Source: Macrostomum lignano | Taxonomy: Eukaryota | Direction of reading: 5' to 3' | Length of the DNA: 64,000 nt | Assembly: GCA_002269645.1 (NCBI GenBank) | Contig: NIVC01001001.1 | Span: 321,934 to 385,933, forward strand | Shown here: positions 61,692-64,000 of the stretch, piece by piece | Position numbering within the stretch: position 1 is the stretch's first letter | How the letters are laid out: each line of letters opens with the position of its first letter | Position numbers and translations under genes: made by a program | The notes under the pieces: generated by a model | What the model saw: the letters and a program-made list of their open reading frames with translations, nothing else | Database searches by the model: none | What the model was told of the DNA's origin: nothing

Positions 61692-61765
61692 GATAGAAAA
61701 ATAGATAGATAGATAGATAGATAGATAGATGATAGATAGATAGATAGATAGATAGACAGATAGAA
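61401..61765. repeat. (GATA)n array right of the third LTR
   Basis: Direct reading. Confidence 0.95.
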
Positions 61766-62629
61766 TCCACTAGAATCCAATATAATGAGCCAAGATACAC
61801 AGCAGTGGCATTAGAACACAGAGGGAAATACAACACAATGCTAATTTAACATGTAAAGTGGTTGAACTGCGCAAAAAAGGCAGCTCTCAAGAGTCACCAG
61901 TTCACAGCTATTCAGCTAGCATAAGAACTAACGGTGCCAAACTACAACAATGCAAACACTGCCGAGAGATAGTAGAGAACTAGAGAGGTTTGCAGTCTTT
62001 TAAGACAGTGTAAACGTTGACCTAAAAAAGACATGCATGGCTAATACCCAGCCATGGGAAAGTGAGAGTCAATTTTTTTTCAAAATCGCATAAGCAAATT
62101 GCTTTGCTGGATAGAAATTAAGGTAATCCGCACATACGTGTTTTATATGTTTTATAGACAAATTTTGCACGAAAAAATCTTAACCACACTACTGCAGGAG
62201 CAGTACCAGTAGTCTATTAAGGATTTTTAGAAAAAAGAGAGCGCTGCGCAATTAATAGGAAAGAAAATGACTGATAGCCAGATCTGACAGACTCCGTCAA
62301 GTGCTTTGCTAAGTTCTAAAATTATGTATGGGTGGAAAAAGATCTAACCTTGGATTGGGAGTGCTTTTGGACAGAAATAAGCGGCTTTAATTAGTCAATT
62401 TTTAACTTAGAAAAGCACTTAACAAAACGTTTTTTACCTGTCAATAATAATCAAAGCTTAAATGAAATATTGCCCTTTTCAGGACAGAAGCCTTAGAAAA
62501 TACGAGTTGCTATTATTCTAGTTCATAATATTCGACTAGCTAAATGCTTTGCTGCTTTATTTCGACTTAGAACTTTCTGGTTGATTCAAACAGAACTTTA
62601 ACGATATTTTATTACGAGTACATATTCTC

Positions 62630-63630
62630 CAGAGACTTGGGTATATTTTATCGAGATTCTCCAGACTTGGGTATATTTTATCGAGATTCTCCGAGACTTG
62701 GGTATATTTTATCGAGATTCTCCAGACAGTCTATAGGCGATTCTCCAGAGAGTCTATGGGCAATTCTCCGGATAGTCTATCTATGGCCGATTCTCCGGAT
62801 ATTCTATGGGCGATTCATTGGAGTCTATGGACGATTCTCCAGAGAGTCTATGGGCGATTCTCCAGAGAGTCTATCTATGGGCGATTCTCTGGATAGTCTA
62901 TCTATGGCCGATTCTCCGGATATTCTATGGGCGATTCATTGGAGTCTATGGACGATTCTCCAGAGAGTCTATGGGCGATTCTCCAGAGAGTCTATCTATG
63001 GGCGATTCTCTGGATAGTCTATCTATGGGCGATTCTCCGGATATTCTATGGGCGATTCTCCGGATATTCTATGGGCGATTCATTGGAGTCTATGGACGAT
63101 TCTCCAGAGAGTCTGTGGGCGATTCTCCAAATAGTCTATGGGCGATCTACAGATACTCTATGCGCAATTCTTCAGATGCTCTATGGGCGATTCTATAGAT
63201 AGTCTGATGAGTGATTCTTTGGATAGTCTATGGGTGATTCTTTGGATAGTCTATGGGCGAATCCCAGAGACTCTATAGGCGATTCTCCGGATACGATATA
63301 GGCAACTCTCCGAATAGTTTATGGGCGATTCTCCAGATAGTCTATGGGTGATTCTCCGGATATTCTGGGCGGTTCTCCAGATATTCTATGGGTGATTCTC
63401 CGGATATTCTGGGCGGTTCTCCAGATATTCTATGGGTGATTCTCCGGATATTCTGGGCGATTCTCCAGATATTCTATGGGTGATTCTCCGGATATTCTGG
63501 GCGATTCTCCAGATATTCTATGGGTGATTCTCCGGATATTCTGGGCGATTCTCCAGATATTCTATGGGCGATTCTCCGGATATTCTGGGCGGTTCTCCAG
63601 ATATTCTATGGGCGATTCTCTGATAGTTTA
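62630..63630. repeat. ~20-26-bp minisatellite (gggcgattctccagagagtctat / ...ggatattct) with a ~121-bp higher-order block
   Basis: Direct reading; an identical block starts at 62806 and 62927. Confidence 0.9.
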
Positions 63631-64000
63631 TAGACAGTTTAGGGCAATTCTACGAGTACAGTTTTTAAAATTCTTACTTTACGATATACAGTGTATATGC
63701 CCATACAAGGCTCTCAAAGAGTAAGGCCTTAATACTTTACTCAAAGCAAAGCCGAAAGCAAAACAGAGCTAAACCATTACTTAATACATAAACTCTATTA
63801 ACCAAATAGAGGTACTCAACGGCAGACAGAACAGAGACAATGGCAAACAAAAACCGTATTCCATTTTTTTCCTGTCCACATCGAAATCCACTTCTAGATT
63901 CTAGCCGTAGACTACGAGTTTTTGTGGAAAGCTCAAGAAGCAAGAGACCAATTAGGGGAGACCTCTCGAAGAGAGCAGCACTGTTTGGAGGTAACAATAA

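Noticed and set aside
63737-63997. Short minus-strand ORF as a possible upstream TTC28 exon
   Set aside because: No TPR similarity, and no splice path to the downstream exons could be supported.

Overview
Eukaryotic (animal) genomic DNA: GC-rich exons, AT-rich spacers, GT-AG introns and many tandem repeats. The polyQ-rich coding style and minisatellite-filled introns suggest a free-living flatworm such as Macrostomum; this is inference only. From left to right the window holds: (1) a degenerate ~470-bp repeat with interstitial TTAGGG tracts; (2) two exons of an unidentified minus-strand gene; (3) two tandem 7-exon thymine-DNA glycosylase (TDG) paralogs that are mosaics of near-identical and deeply diverged segments and share non-canonical active-site residues (GLNPM instead of GINPG; Ile at the human Thr197 position); (4) a hAT-type MITE; (5) a 3-exon secreted protein with five follistatin/Kazal modules (agrin-N-terminus-like); (6) a 6-exon divergent Derlin-2/3-like gene with no C-terminal SHP box; (7) a 13-exon TTC28 ortholog (TPR + CHAT) in which nearly every intron holds its own minisatellite and intron 6 holds an antisense intronless C-type lectin/PAN gene between two SINEs; (8) a very young Ty3/gypsy LTR retrotransposon inserted in a (GATA)n microsatellite, followed by a third LTR copy. 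Exon boundaries were deduced by hand from splice signals and phase continuity. Homology calls are from recalled family motifs, not database searches. Most entries in the supplied ORF track are translations of simple repeats or antisense shadows.
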